Origin: an uncultured virus (IMG/VR IMGVR_UViG_3300042691_036566)
Taxonomy: Duplodnaviria > Heunggongvirae > Uroviricota > Caudoviricetes
Direction: 5' to 3' (one strand)
IMG/VR virus record: IMGVR_UViG_3300042691_036566
Span: 1-64,000 of that record
DNA length: 64,000 nucleotides
In this document: in pieces, positions 20,004 through 30,348 of the stretch
How positions within the stretch are numbered: position 1 is the first letter of the stretch
Layout: each line of letters opens with the position of its first letter
Position numbers and translations under genes: made by a program
Notes under the pieces: model-generated
The model's database searches: none
What the model was told of the DNA's origin: nothing
Seen by the model: only the letters and a program-made list of their open reading frames with translations

Positions 20004-21785
20004 ATGAAAAAAGATATGAATCAAATTGTTGAATCCTTTTTTGCTAAAAAGGAAAATGTCATTACTACAGGACTTCTTGAATATTTAGTTAGAGAAGAGT
20101 TTAATAAACTATTAAACGAAGAAGCAGTTGCGCCTATTCCAAAAAATTTTGGAATTAAATTTAGTTCGATCCCGGAAATCTCAGTTTCTGAACTTGGTTG
20201 GTCATCGCTTGTTGAATCAGAGGCTGGTTCAACCATTAAAGTTTCTTCTGAGCAGAGAAAACAGCTAGAACAGTACTTAAACAATATCAAAGGCGCAGAT
20301 CTTGCAGAAAAGTTTAAAAATATAAGTGAGTTTTATAATGCTGATCTAGATGCCCTGATGGAAAAAGGAATCCTAGATAAATCTTCCAGAACTACTAGAA
20401 TTCAACAAATTATGTCTTATCTAGTGTTTATTAAAACATTAACCACTATTATAACAAACTTTAATGCTGCTGCAGCCGGTTTCGCTTTTGAATCATTTTT
20501 AGGTGTTTTATTGGGCGGTGAGCAGGTTCCTACAAACAGTGGTACGATTGCAGACTTAAAAACAAGCGATGGAATAGGAATAAGCTTAAAACTATATTCG
20601 GATAAAAAAGTACACGTAGGCGGAAGTTTTTCGGATTTAGTTAATGATATGATTAGTCCAAAAAATCCATCTAAGCCTTTTATTAGATATGTTGTAGCTG
20701 TGAAGAGTCTAAGCGGTGAAGCATTAAAAATGACAGGTACTATAGATGTACACCAATTTGATATAGATTTAAAAAACATAGAAAATGTTATGTCTCTAGG
20801 AGGTAAAAGCTCCAGATTGTGTATAAGACTACCAGTGTCATTTATAAAAAATGGAACTGACTATTCACACCTTAAGAAGACTTATAAATCTCAAGAAGAA
20901 ATAGAAGATTGGTTCGATGCACAAGTTCGAAAATCAGAGTATGCAAAAGATGAAAATTTTGAACAGTGGTATAAAATCCTAAAACAAAGCGAGATGTCAG
21001 AACCTAAATTTTTTGAAGGCGGCAAAGAAGATAAGCTAGGTGTCCTTGGAAAGAGTAGCCCAGGAAAGACATTTGTAAATAATTTATTTACTGGTTTTGC
21101 CGAACAAGGTCTATTAGATAATCCAGACATGGCATCGTCCGCTAGAAAAGTGTTTAAAAGTGATATAACTGGTGAAAAAAGAGCATGGCCTTCTTATGCA
21201 AATTTCTTTATTGACTTGTATGAAAAAGCAAAAGATTTTGCTATAGTAAAAGGCGAAGCTACTCCTCAAGCTTTAGAAGAAGCTAGAAAGAGAAATTTAT
21301 TTACAGCATCCAATCTTCTAACTGAAAAAAAGACAACAAAATCAAAAGCACCAGCTAGTGAAGAGCTAATGCCTGGTATTCTTTTTGCTTCAACAGAAGA
21401 ATCTGTAGCATATTTAAATTCTGTAGACGCAAATCAAGAATTAAAAAAGAAAGCTTTAAAGAATACTTATGGATATTTAGATATCATGCAGTTTGGTTTT
21501 ACTAAACTAGAAGTGTTTGATCTTATTGCTGCAGCAGGACAAGAGCAAAAAGTTGCTACCCTTACTGTCGGTAGAACGTCAATAGAAGGCTTATTGAATA
21601 AGCTAAAAGATGCTATTAATACAGAAGTATATGAAATTTTTGAAAGTTTAAATGTGCTAACTACTAATATTAATGCATATTTTGCAAATGGTATGGTTGA
21701 AGATGCTAACGCAACAGCAGCCCAACAAGCTGCAAAAAATATTGATGTTAAAACTGCGCTTGTTCAACAGCAAGTAAAAAAATAA
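20004..21785 (+). CDS. Large protein with a putative PD-(D/E)xK nuclease-like domain
   Basis: GFAFESFL...IADL...GISLKL. Confidence 0.45.
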   Translation: MKKDMNQIVESFFAKKENVITTGLLEYLVREEFNKLLNEEAVAPIPKNFGIKFSSIPEISVSELGWSSLVESEAGSTIKVSSEQRKQLEQYLNNIKGADLAEKFKNISEFYNADLDALMEKGILDKSSRTTRIQQIMSYLVFIKTLTTIITNFNAAAAGFAFESFLGVLLGGEQVPTNSGTIADLKTSDGIGISLKLYSDKKVHVGGSFSDLVNDMISPKNPSKPFIRYVVAVKSLSGEALKMTGTIDVHQFDIDLKNIENVMSLGGKSSRLCIRLPVSFIKNGTDYSHLKKTYKSQEEIEDWFDAQVRKSEYAKDENFEQWYKILKQSEMSEPKFFEGGKEDKLGVLGKSSPGKTFVNNLFTGFAEQGLLDNPDMASSARKVFKSDITGEKRAWPSYANFFIDLYEKAKDFAIVKGEATPQALEEARKRNLFTASNLLTEKKTTKSKAPASEELMPGILFASTEESVAYLNSVDANQELKKKALKNTYGYLDIMQFGFTKLEVFDLIAAAGQEQKVATLTVGRTSIEGLLNKLKDAINTEVYEIFESLNVLTTNINAYFANGMVEDANATAAQQAAKNIDVKTALVQQQVKK

Positions 21786-21789
21786 AATA

Positions 21790-23037
21790 ATGAATAAGAT
21801 CAGTAGATATCTATTAAGTGAAATAAGGGCTTCTCTTGATGAAGAATTATATAATCAAGAGAAGCTTATAAACTATCTTTATCAAAAGATAGGTTCCGTA
21901 AAAGATGCCGGAATAGTCTCCGTTACAGCATCAAATAAAACGGATTTGGGAGTGGTCGTTAGGTTTGAAGATAAGGACAGTCTTACCAAAGGGGTGAAAA
22001 AAATCAAGACTGCCATCAAAAACTCTGATTTGAGTTTGTCTGACGACCATATCCCAAAGTTTTATTCTTCTGCCGATGTTACTACTGTTGAATATAAAGA
22101 TGGTAGTGGAAAGGCGTATATTGTCTATAAAACAGAATTAGGTATAAGGGATGGTCTTGCTCTTGAGCAGATCATCCGTTTTTTATTATCTGGTCAAATA
22201 GACGACCAGTTAAAAAATCGCATTGATTTATCTCCTAATTCATCAAAAGATGATGTTATAAGTAAATTAAAAAATGAATTCTTAGAAGTTTTTAAAGTTG
22301 CTCTAGTAGGTAAAAAAAAGATAATAAAATCAGTTGGAAAAATAAAAAAGGTAGAATCCGTAGGAAGTCAAAATTCAAAAGCGGATCTAGTTCTTTATTC
22401 GGAAGACGGAAAAAAAATAGGCTTGTCTATTAAGTTAGTAACAGAGGAAGGTCGTGGTGTAAGATTTACATATAATAAAAATCTTGGATATGGTGATGAA
22501 AAAGATGACAATCTAGTTCGTAATCCATCTGGGGAACCGTGGTGGGTTGTAGGAAGACAAATCTTCGCTAAAAAAGTTGGTAAGCGTAAATATGTGCCAA
22601 AAGGAGAAGGCGTTGAATGTCCAGCTTGGATGACAAAAGCGAAGGAGGATCATCCAGACTTATACAAGGAGGCGATGGAGGAAGTCTACGCCAAGATAAG
22701 AGAAGTGTTAATACATAATTTAAAACGCCTACGTTTAAAAGATCTAGTTGACATGGTTAACGAAGCCCATCTAGGAGTTGCTGACGAGCGTAAAGAATAT
22801 GATAAATTTTTGAAGTTAACATCGACATCAGAAGGTGTTAAATTGATCTCTCAAGAGGAAGCGAAGCCTAATATTAATAAATTAAAAATGATGAATAAAA
22901 ATGATATTATTAGAAGTGAAGGAGCTAATATTATTATAGATATTCCTGGATTAGAACCATTAACAATACATTCTGTTAAGTTTCATTCTAACATGTTAAG
23001 TGATAAAAGAGATGATCTAAAGATAAAGACGAGGTAA
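21790..23037 (+). CDS. Putative PD-(D/E)xK restriction-endonuclease-like protein
   Basis: GLALEQII...SKADLVL...IGLSIKL. Confidence 0.5.
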   Translation: MNKISRYLLSEIRASLDEELYNQEKLINYLYQKIGSVKDAGIVSVTASNKTDLGVVVRFEDKDSLTKGVKKIKTAIKNSDLSLSDDHIPKFYSSADVTTVEYKDGSGKAYIVYKTELGIRDGLALEQIIRFLLSGQIDDQLKNRIDLSPNSSKDDVISKLKNEFLEVFKVALVGKKKIIKSVGKIKKVESVGSQNSKADLVLYSEDGKKIGLSIKLVTEEGRGVRFTYNKNLGYGDEKDDNLVRNPSGEPWWVVGRQIFAKKVGKRKYVPKGEGVECPAWMTKAKEDHPDLYKEAMEEVYAKIREVLIHNLKRLRLKDLVDMVNEAHLGVADERKEYDKFLKLTSTSEGVKLISQEEAKPNINKLKMMNKNDIIRSEGANIIIDIPGLEPLTIHSVKFHSNMLSDKRDDLKIKTR

Positions 23038-23042
23038 AGTGA

Positions 23043-23513
23043 ATGAGTTTAGATAAATTAATGGAAGGTTGGAGAAATTTCTTAAAAGAAGATGCTAAAG
23101 TAGCGTTATATACAGGTGCTGTTGTACAAGATGTAGAAAATTTAAATTCTAAGCTAGATGAATTAGGACTTAGGGTAGAAGGATGGAAAGACTCCTCTGT
23201 AGGTTCTCATGGGAATGAACAATTAAATCATCACATGACTATAGTACCTTCCCCAGCAAATAAATCTAAAACTCCTATAGAGTTAAATGTACCAACTAAA
23301 CTAAAGATAGTTGCCTTTGGAGTAGATGAAAAGCTTGGAATAGCCGCTTGGAAAGTTGATACGGATATGTACGTACAAAGTGGAGTGCCTCATATAACAG
23401 CCATGTTAAGAGATGAAACAGTAAAGCCGTTTTTAGCGGCAAAAATTAAAGATTGGAAATCAATTGAACCTTTTACTGTAGATGCTACAGTAGAAGAAGT
23501 TTTTTCAAAATAG
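23043..23513 (+). CDS. 2H phosphoesterase (cyclic phosphodiesterase-like) with 'LMEGWRNFLKE' leader
   Basis: Two HxT motifs: HHMTI and PHITA. Confidence 0.75.
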   Translation: MSLDKLMEGWRNFLKEDAKVALYTGAVVQDVENLNSKLDELGLRVEGWKDSSVGSHGNEQLNHHMTIVPSPANKSKTPIELNVPTKLKIVAFGVDEKLGIAAWKVDTDMYVQSGVPHITAMLRDETVKPFLAAKIKDWKSIEPFTVDATVEEVFSK

Positions 23514-23532
23514 AAAGGTAAAGGGTAATACT

Positions 23533-25110
23533 TTGAAAGTATATGATAATGGAACTTCTTTAAATAAAGCAATATTAGATGGAGTCAACAAACTGGCAGA
23601 TGCTGTCAGTTCAACTCTCGGCCCTAAAGGAAGAAACGTAGTAATACATCTTAAGGGTAGAAACCCTATAATTACAAAAGATGGAGTTACCGTAGCTAAA
23701 AATATTGAATATGAAAATCCTTTTGAGAATGTTGGAGCGCAAGTGCTAAAACAAGCTTCTGAGGTTACTGCTATAGAAGCTGGAGATGGAACTACAACTG
23801 CTACTGTCCTAGCTAGAGCAGTTATGCAAAACGCTCAAAAATACATTACAGCCGGAGCAAGCCCAGTAGAACTTAAACGTGGGATGGATAAAGCAGTAAC
23901 TGCGATTGTATCTAGATTGCATCGCATGTCAAAAGAAGTATCTAGTATAGAAGACATAGAACATATCGCAACAATATCTGCCAATGGTGATAAACAGATT
24001 GGTAAACTTATTGCTATGGCTGTTGATAAAGTAGGAAAAGATGGCGCTATTTCAATTGAGGAAGGCAAATCTGTAGATACAACTTTAGATGTTGTTGAGG
24101 GGTTTCAAATTCCATCCGGCTTTGTATCAGCAGAGTTTGTAACTGATCCACGTCGAGGGGCAATGAGATATGAAAATGCTATACTATTAGTAACTGATTA
24201 CTCAATTGACAACCTTGACGATATAATGCCAGCACTGGAAATTGCTGCAAGAGAGAATAAACCTTTTATTATTTTTGCAGAAAATGTAGAGGGACAATCT
24301 TTAGCTGCTATGGTTCTAAACCTTAAAAGAGGCAGCATGAAAGTCGCTGCCATCAAAGCGCCTAAATACGGTGAAGAAAGAAGAAACCTGCTAAAAGATT
24401 TAGCGTTGGCAACAGGTGCGACATTTATTTCTAGAGAAAGTGGTATGTCATTAAAAGAAGTAAAAAGAAGTCATATGGGAAGCTGTAAGACTATTGAATC
24501 TTTGAAAAACTGGACAACGGTAGTCGGCGGCGGCGGAAACTATGAGGAAGTACAAAAAAAGATAGACTCTCTTAAAGCAGAAATTGAACAAAGTAGTGAT
24601 GTAAAAGAGTGTGAATCTATTCAAGATAGAATTACGCGTTTAGTTGCGGGTATTGCAATTATAAGAGTTGGTGGTTCTACGGAAGTAGATATGACTGAAA
24701 GAAAGCATCGCATAGAAGATGCTTTAGAAGCTGTACGCAGCGCACAACAAGAGGGTATTTTACCTGGAGGTGGATTGGCACTATTGAGATGTTCATTTGA
24801 ACTAGAAAAAGAAGTAGAACTGGATAATGAAGATCAAAAATTTGGTGTAGAAATAATTAAAAAAGCCTGTTACGAGCCAATAAAAACACTTTCTAAGAAC
24901 TGCGATGAAAGCCCAGACGTTATAGTTCATCAGGTATTATATATTTCCGATCTCCCTTTGGTTGGTTATGATTTTGTTAGTAGGTCTTATGTTGATTTAA
25001 TTGAAGAAGGTATTGTAGATCCAACAAAAGTTACAAGATGTGCATTACAAAATGCTGTATCTGCTGCCTCAACTTTATTAACAACTTCTCATGCTATTAT
25101 TGAAGTATAA
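23533..25110 (+). CDS. groEL: Chaperonin GroEL (no GGM tail)
   Basis: TLGPKGRNV, ITKDGVTVA, AGDGTTTATVLA, EDALEA, GILPGGG, GIVDPTKV; TTG start. Confidence 0.97.
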   Translation: MKVYDNGTSLNKAILDGVNKLADAVSSTLGPKGRNVVIHLKGRNPIITKDGVTVAKNIEYENPFENVGAQVLKQASEVTAIEAGDGTTTATVLARAVMQNAQKYITAGASPVELKRGMDKAVTAIVSRLHRMSKEVSSIEDIEHIATISANGDKQIGKLIAMAVDKVGKDGAISIEEGKSVDTTLDVVEGFQIPSGFVSAEFVTDPRRGAMRYENAILLVTDYSIDNLDDIMPALEIAARENKPFIIFAENVEGQSLAAMVLNLKRGSMKVAAIKAPKYGEERRNLLKDLALATGATFISRESGMSLKEVKRSHMGSCKTIESLKNWTTVVGGGGNYEEVQKKIDSLKAEIEQSSDVKECESIQDRITRLVAGIAIIRVGGSTEVDMTERKHRIEDALEAVRSAQQEGILPGGGLALLRCSFELEKEVELDNEDQKFGVEIIKKACYEPIKTLSKNCDESPDVIVHQVLYISDLPLVGYDFVSRSYVDLIEEGIVDPTKVTRCALQNAVSAASTLLTTSHAIIEV

Positions 25111-25142
25111 AACTATTTACTATCATCTAACGAGGAAATAAG

Positions 25143-25463
25143 ATGTCTGAACAAGATAATAAAAAAGACTTAGAGATGATGGTTATAGAAATAAAATTAG
25201 GAACGGAAAGACTAATATCAAAATTAGATCAATTAAATAGCGGAGTCTCCAGACTCGAAACCTCATTATGCAAAATGGATAAAACGGTAGAAGAATTAGA
25301 GAAAAAAGTTCTTGTATTAGAGCAGACAACCCCGCCAGAATTACATAAAGAATTAGCTCTTATCAAAAATTCACAAGAAACTCATGCTAAATTTATGTGG
25401 TTACTAGGAGGCGGAATTATTTCAGTTATGGTTAAAATTTTTACAGATTTAATATCTAAATAA
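25143..25463 (+). CDS. Coiled-coil protein with C-terminal TM helix (XhlA/holin-like architecture)
   Basis: Heptad repeat, then FMWLLGGGIISVMV. Confidence 0.5.
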   Translation: MSEQDNKKDLEMMVIEIKLGTERLISKLDQLNSGVSRLETSLCKMDKTVEELEKKVLVLEQTTPPELHKELALIKNSQETHAKFMWLLGGGIISVMVKIFTDLISK

Positions 25464-25467
25464 TGGC

Positions 25468-25530
25468 TTGACTGAGTAAAATAAATGAGTTATAATGATC
25501 GGACAGTTGAAAAACAACTGTCCGATTTTT
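25468..25530 (+). promoter_or_regulatory. sigma70 promoter followed immediately by a terminator-like hairpin
   Basis: TTGACT-N17-TATAAT, then ATCGGACAGTTG-AAAAA-CAACTGTCCGAT-TTTTT. Confidence 0.6.
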
Positions 25531-25542
25531 TATGGAGAAAAT

Positions 25543-26774
25543 ATGAAAAATGCAAAAATACAAATAACTGTAAAAGTAGATGATCTTCCAAAAGAAGTTA
25601 CTGCAAAATTACAATCAGTAAATATGATGCAAAAATCAGCCTGTAAAATACTTGAAGATGTTTTGAGCCTTATCCAGACTCAAAACATTATAAAAGCAGC
25701 AGAAACCCTAAATAATTTTAGGGATGAAATAGCATATATAGATATGGTTTGCTCTGATTGTTTTAGTATTTTAACTGCTTATGCTAAACATAAAGCTAGC
25801 GAGCTAGAGCCTGAAAGATTAGTGCTTCCTAACGTAAATAAAGATGAAAATAAAGAAAATGGAGAGGGATAATACATGACTGTTAAACTTAGTAAAAACG
25901 GTAAAAGACTAGGGCGACCTCCAAAAGATAAAAATAAAACACCAGAGGTTTTTGTAGTTGAATCTAAACCATATGTAGCTCCTACATTTGATCTCTCTAC
26001 TGAAGAAATGTTAGAATGTTCTCTTGTACCCATTAATGAATATTCACATATCAATAACGAAATTAAAAAAGCTGGTAGATATGCACAATCTACATATACA
26101 TTAAATAGATTTGGTAAGAACTCTTTTGTTGTTTTGGCCTATTTGGATACAGACCTAGAAAAACATAGAAATAATGGTCTTACAGATGAACAAATCGTTG
26201 TAAGATGTGTAAACTATTTAAATCAGACCGAAACTAAAAAGAAAGGTCAGAAAAAAGATCCCAAAAAACCATATGGTAATTTGCAGTTATATGGTTTTAG
26301 AACCATAAACAAGTTTAATAAAGAAATAATTGCTATTGAACTCGTTACAGATTCTAAATCAAACGAAAATTTTTGGGGTATAGGAAACAGATAATGGCAA
26401 AAGAGCAACCACAATATTATACTATTCTATTTGATAAGTATATAGAACTGATGACTGACACTGATAGATATTATTATATGGTTGCCGATAAATTAAAAGA
26501 GTTGATACTAGAACATAATATAGATAATTGGGAAAATACACCAATTCCTGATTTTATGGAAACTGTTGTTATATTATCCTCTTTGAGGGAACTATTAGAT
26601 AAAAAGATAAACGACCCACCAGAAGAAGAAATAAAATTCTGTAATGAAAATAACATAAAAGATGTTCTAGTTACAAAATTTGAGTTGACCCTTCTACAGA
26701 AATTTTCTTTATCCATAGAGGAACAAAAACAATTACTGCTTCAAGAATATGGATTTAAGTATGAATTAAATTGA
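25543..26774 (+). CDS. Three hypothetical ORFs (25543-25872; 25876-26394 with AT-hook-like KRLGRPPK; ~26394-26774)
   Basis: Coupled ORFs with RBS. Confidence 0.55.
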
Positions 26775-26846
26775 TCTTGACACACAAAAATTGTGTTTTA
26801 GATTATTTGTTGAGCGGGATTCCGCAACAACAAAGGAGAAATATAT

Positions 26847-27230
26847 ATGGCAATTGGTAATTTAGACGTACTTTTTGATGATGTAACAAAAGCATTTACA
26901 ACACCTCACACATATTATCGAAAACCTCAACACAGAACGCCGGAATATGTACAACATAAAAATGATAATGGATATAGACTTGAAATACCAGCAATTGGTG
27001 CGTCAAAAGACGATGTATCTGTTAAAGTTGTAGATAAAATGCTAAAAATTGTGGTAAAACCTTCTACTGATTCAGCTTATGCAAGACAGTTTGAAGAAAA
27101 CTGGTTAGTTCCTGATAATATTGATAGCGAATCTGTTTCTGCTAAACTTGTAAATGGATTACTGACTGTAATTTTGAATCATAAAGAGCCAGTGACAAAA
27201 AAAATAAATGTTGATGTAGTTGTAAATTAA
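26847..27230 (+). CDS. Small heat-shock protein (Hsp20 / alpha-crystallin)
   Basis: YRLEIPAIGASKDDVSV...F...VPDNID...SAKLVNGLLTV; own promoter and terminator. Confidence 0.9.
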   Translation: MAIGNLDVLFDDVTKAFTTPHTYYRKPQHRTPEYVQHKNDNGYRLEIPAIGASKDDVSVKVVDKMLKIVVKPSTDSAYARQFEENWLVPDNIDSESVSAKLVNGLLTVILNHKEPVTKKINVDVVVN

Positions 27231-27250
27231 AAGATATATTTTTTAATCGA

Positions 27251-27281
27251 CGGGAGGCAGAAATGCCTCCCGTTTTGTTTT
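27251..27281 (+). terminator. Rho-independent terminator
   Basis: CGGGAGGCA-GAAA-TGCCTCCCG-TTTTGTTTT. Confidence 0.85.
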
Positions 27282-27300
27282 AATGTTACTATTTATTCGT

Positions 27301-27900
27301 ATGATAAAAGTAAAAATTTCACGTAAAAGAGTTTTAGAGTTAAATAAACAAAATGATGATTTACGACGAGGAGCGGGAGAGATAGACTCTGCTGGTGATA
27401 ATCGTTTAGAATACGTTGGAATGGAAGAAGACTCTAACTTAGATGAAAGTGTTATTTATGAAAAAAAAGATAGATGTTATCATTTAGCCAAACAAAAATA
27501 TGATGTATTCCCTTCAGCATATGCTTCAGGATTTATTGTTCGTTGCCGTAAAGGTAAAGTAGGACGTAAAAAAAAAGCAAATGAAGAGGTAGATGAAACT
27601 CTAGAGTTAGAACTGGATGAAGGCACTTTTGATAAAGAAAAATCTCAAGGTCTTCATGGATGGTTTGCTCGTAAGGGCGGCAAGGGTAAAAGTAAAGGAT
27701 GGGTAGATTGTAATACCTGTAGGACTAATCCTAAGACTGGTCGAAAAACTTGTAAAACCTGTGGCAGAAGTGACGGTGAAAAAAGAAGTAAATATCCGGC
27801 CTGTCGTCCTACTCCAAGTGCTTGTAACAGAAAAGGGGCTAGTCAGAAAAAAAGCTCAAAAAGAGTATCTTGGAAAACTAAAAAAGAGGAACAAGAATGA
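27301..27900 (+). CDS. Basic Cys-rich phage protein
   Basis: FPSAYASG, GLHGWF, GWVDC, KYPACRP motifs typical of basic virion-associated phage proteins. Confidence 0.55.
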   Translation: MIKVKISRKRVLELNKQNDDLRRGAGEIDSAGDNRLEYVGMEEDSNLDESVIYEKKDRCYHLAKQKYDVFPSAYASGFIVRCRKGKVGRKKKANEEVDETLELELDEGTFDKEKSQGLHGWFARKGGKGKSKGWVDCNTCRTNPKTGRKTCKTCGRSDGEKRSKYPACRPTPSACNRKGASQKKSSKRVSWKTKKEEQE

Positions 27901-28307
27901 AAATTTCACAATCAGACTTAAGAAAAGTCGTAAAAGAAAGCATCCATGAAGCATTAATTGTTGAACAACTAGGCAATAATGATTCTACCTTAGAAGACGG
28001 CACTCTTGTTTGCGAAGCATGTCTATATGAAGAATTAACATGCGGATGCCCAGATAAACTTGAAGAAGCAAAGTATCAAGGACGTACTGTTCCTCTAGGA
28101 AAACCAATGAGGGGAGATGTAAAAAAGTTTAAAGTATTTGTACGCGACCCTTCAACCGGAAACGTTAAAAAAGTAAACTTTGGCGATAAGAATATGCGTA
28201 TTAAAAAAAGTAATCCAAAACGTCGTAAATCATTTCGTGCTCGTCATAACTGCGCTAATCCAGGTCCAAGAACAAAAGCTAGATATTGGTCATGTAGGAA
28301 GTGGTAA
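27897..28307 (+). CDS. Basic phage protein with MKISQSDLRKVVKE leader
   Basis: KKVNFGD...RRKSFRARHNC...ARYWSC domain. Confidence 0.6.
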   Translation: MKISQSDLRKVVKESIHEALIVEQLGNNDSTLEDGTLVCEACLYEELTCGCPDKLEEAKYQGRTVPLGKPMRGDVKKFKVFVRDPSTGNVKKVNFGDKNMRIKKSNPKRRKSFRARHNCANPGPRTKARYWSCRKW

Positions 28308-28331
28308 TAAGATATAATATAGGATAATAAT

Positions 28332-29351
28332 ATGAAAAATATGAAAATTATTATGGAAAACTGGAGGAAGTTTTCTACGCTAAATGAAGAATTGGATAAA
28401 AAGAAAATTTACGTTTTAGTTGGTCCACCATCTGTTGGAAAATCTACTTGGATTCAAAAAACTTTTGGAAATCAAGATCCATATATTATTAATAGAGATG
28501 ATATTGTAGAGGCAATTGCAGCTGACTATGGATGGACATATGATGATATGTTTATGCTTCCTCCACCAGATGCTAAAGAGGGAGATGTTAGTGAAAAATA
28601 TGGTACAGTGATTAAATCTCCTCCACATGCAGCCTTTAATCCAACCGCCTATGACAAAGTTATTGAGGCAAACGGAAGAGTCTTTGGAAGGTTCAATGGC
28701 AGAGTTCAGGAAGCAAAAGGACAACCAGTTATTGTTGTCGATATGACTAATATGACTCCAGGAGCTAGAAAAGGAGCTTTAAAAGCAATTGAAGGGTCTG
28801 AAAGTGATTATCACAAAGTCGCTGTGGTGTTTAACTTTGAAGGCGCAGAAGATATAATTAAGAGTGTGGCAGCAAAACGCGCAGCCGAAGCAAAAGCAGC
28901 AGGTAAATCAAAAACAATCCCAGAAGCTGCATTTGATAGAATGTTTAAAAGTTTTCAAAAAGTTGATCAAGCCGCAGAAGGTTTTGATGAAGTGGTTTCT
29001 GTTGATAATGTCCCAAGCTTAAAAAAGGTAGCTGATTCCATGAAAGAGAATAAACAAAAAATTACTAAAAAGTATATAAGAACTCTTATAGAGCAAAAAA
29101 TATCCGAAATTACAGATTTTCAAAAAAAACAGCGAGAGAAAGAAAATATTTATGATGATGTTGAAAGTAGATTTGCAGATGAATACCCTCAAATTTATGG
29201 ATTTTTACCTTCCGAGGCAGAATTTGAAAATATGTCAGTAGAAGAATACAAGCAAGCACTAGCAAAAGAAATTCCTGAATATGCAGAAGAGCTAGAATTG
29301 CAAGATATGGCAGATAAAGATAAATATGGTTCTGAAACAGGGGATTTTTAA
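28332..29351 (+). CDS. P-loop kinase (polynucleotide kinase / AAA_33-like) with 'IMENWRKF' leader
   Basis: LVGPPSVGKST, INRDDI, VVDMTN..R, lid Arg and TIPE..FDRM. Confidence 0.75.
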   Translation: MKNMKIIMENWRKFSTLNEELDKKKIYVLVGPPSVGKSTWIQKTFGNQDPYIINRDDIVEAIAADYGWTYDDMFMLPPPDAKEGDVSEKYGTVIKSPPHAAFNPTAYDKVIEANGRVFGRFNGRVQEAKGQPVIVVDMTNMTPGARKGALKAIEGSESDYHKVAVVFNFEGAEDIIKSVAAKRAAEAKAAGKSKTIPEAAFDRMFKSFQKVDQAAEGFDEVVSVDNVPSLKKVADSMKENKQKITKKYIRTLIEQKISEITDFQKKQREKENIYDDVESRFADEYPQIYGFLPSEAEFENMSVEEYKQALAKEIPEYAEELELQDMADKDKYGSETGDF

Positions 29352-29716
29352 TGGATAAGATAATTATTTCACTTATACAAATGGAACAGCAGTTAAGAAT
29401 ATTTCATTGGCAAACAAAATCTTATGCTCGTCACCAAGCTTTTGGTGCTACTTATGATACATTAAGTGGCCTTATAGACAAATATGTTGAAATATGCATG
29501 GGAAAACATGATAGATTTATTTTAGATGAATCTTGTAGTTTGGAGTTAAAAAATTTACAAGAATTAAAACCAATAGAATTTTGTAACGCATGTTGTGAAA
29601 TGTTAATTGGAATCAGTGCTATACTAGATCCTAGTTGCGATAGTGATCTTATGAATATAAGAGATGAAATGTTAGCAGAAGTTAACAAACTAAAGTACTT
29701 ATTAACCTTACAGTAG
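29351..29716 (+). CDS. Ferritin/Dps-like four-helix protein
   Basis: IFHWQT..YARHQAF...YD.L..LIDKYVE...NIRDEM...NKLKYLLTL. Confidence 0.7.
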   Translation: MDKIIISLIQMEQQLRIFHWQTKSYARHQAFGATYDTLSGLIDKYVEICMGKHDRFILDESCSLELKNLQELKPIEFCNACCEMLIGISAILDPSCDSDLMNIRDEMLAEVNKLKYLLTLQ

Positions 29717-29725
29717 GAGAAAAAA

Positions 29726-30346
29726 ATGAAAATTACAGTATCAAAACTCAATCAAATTGTATCAGAAGAAATTAAAAAAGAGTTGGAGCAAGAAGAACTA
29801 TTCGAAGGTTTAAAACAAAACATCGCAGCATTGTTTGCTGGCGCTCTTATGAGCATGGGTTACGGTGCTGCCAATACAGCAGAAGCAGAACCAGTAAAAG
29901 TAACCGTCAAGAATGTTAAAGATGGATCTACTCGTTCAATTGTTGTTGATGATTTAGGTGCAAACGCTTCCGAAGTTAGAGATGTTATGAACGATCTACT
30001 AGATAGTAGATACGGCCCAGGAAAATTTGTAACAGTTGGTGTAAAACCAACATCAGGAGCAGATTTAGGATCTGATGCTGGCTCTGTCAAACCATCAGCC
30101 CCTGCCAAAAAAGCTGGAAGAGGTGAAGTCCTTAAGGTAGATGGAAATGTAGTAACCGTAAAAGTTCCTGTAAGAGGTGGCAGCATGGGATTAGAGTCTG
30201 CTCAAATGGACGCAAGAGCTATGGCTGTTGATGCGGTAAGAGGTAGAGATGTTGGTGGATCCAGAGTATCAAGCGGAAAAGCAAGTACTGTTAGTTCAGA
30301 GGTTAAAGACGGCTTCTTGATTATGAAAGTTAAAGTTGGAGGTTAG
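29726..30346 (+). CDS. Hypothetical protein with MKITVSKLNQIVSEE leader and a hydrophobic segment
   Basis: Leader, then IAALFAGALMSMG and a G/V/S-rich domain. Confidence 0.55.
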   Translation: MKITVSKLNQIVSEEIKKELEQEELFEGLKQNIAALFAGALMSMGYGAANTAEAEPVKVTVKNVKDGSTRSIVVDDLGANASEVRDVMNDLLDSRYGPGKFVTVGVKPTSGADLGSDAGSVKPSAPAKKAGRGEVLKVDGNVVTVKVPVRGGSMGLESAQMDARAMAVDAVRGRDVGGSRVSSGKASTVSSEVKDGFLIMKVKVGG

Positions 30347-30348
30347 TA

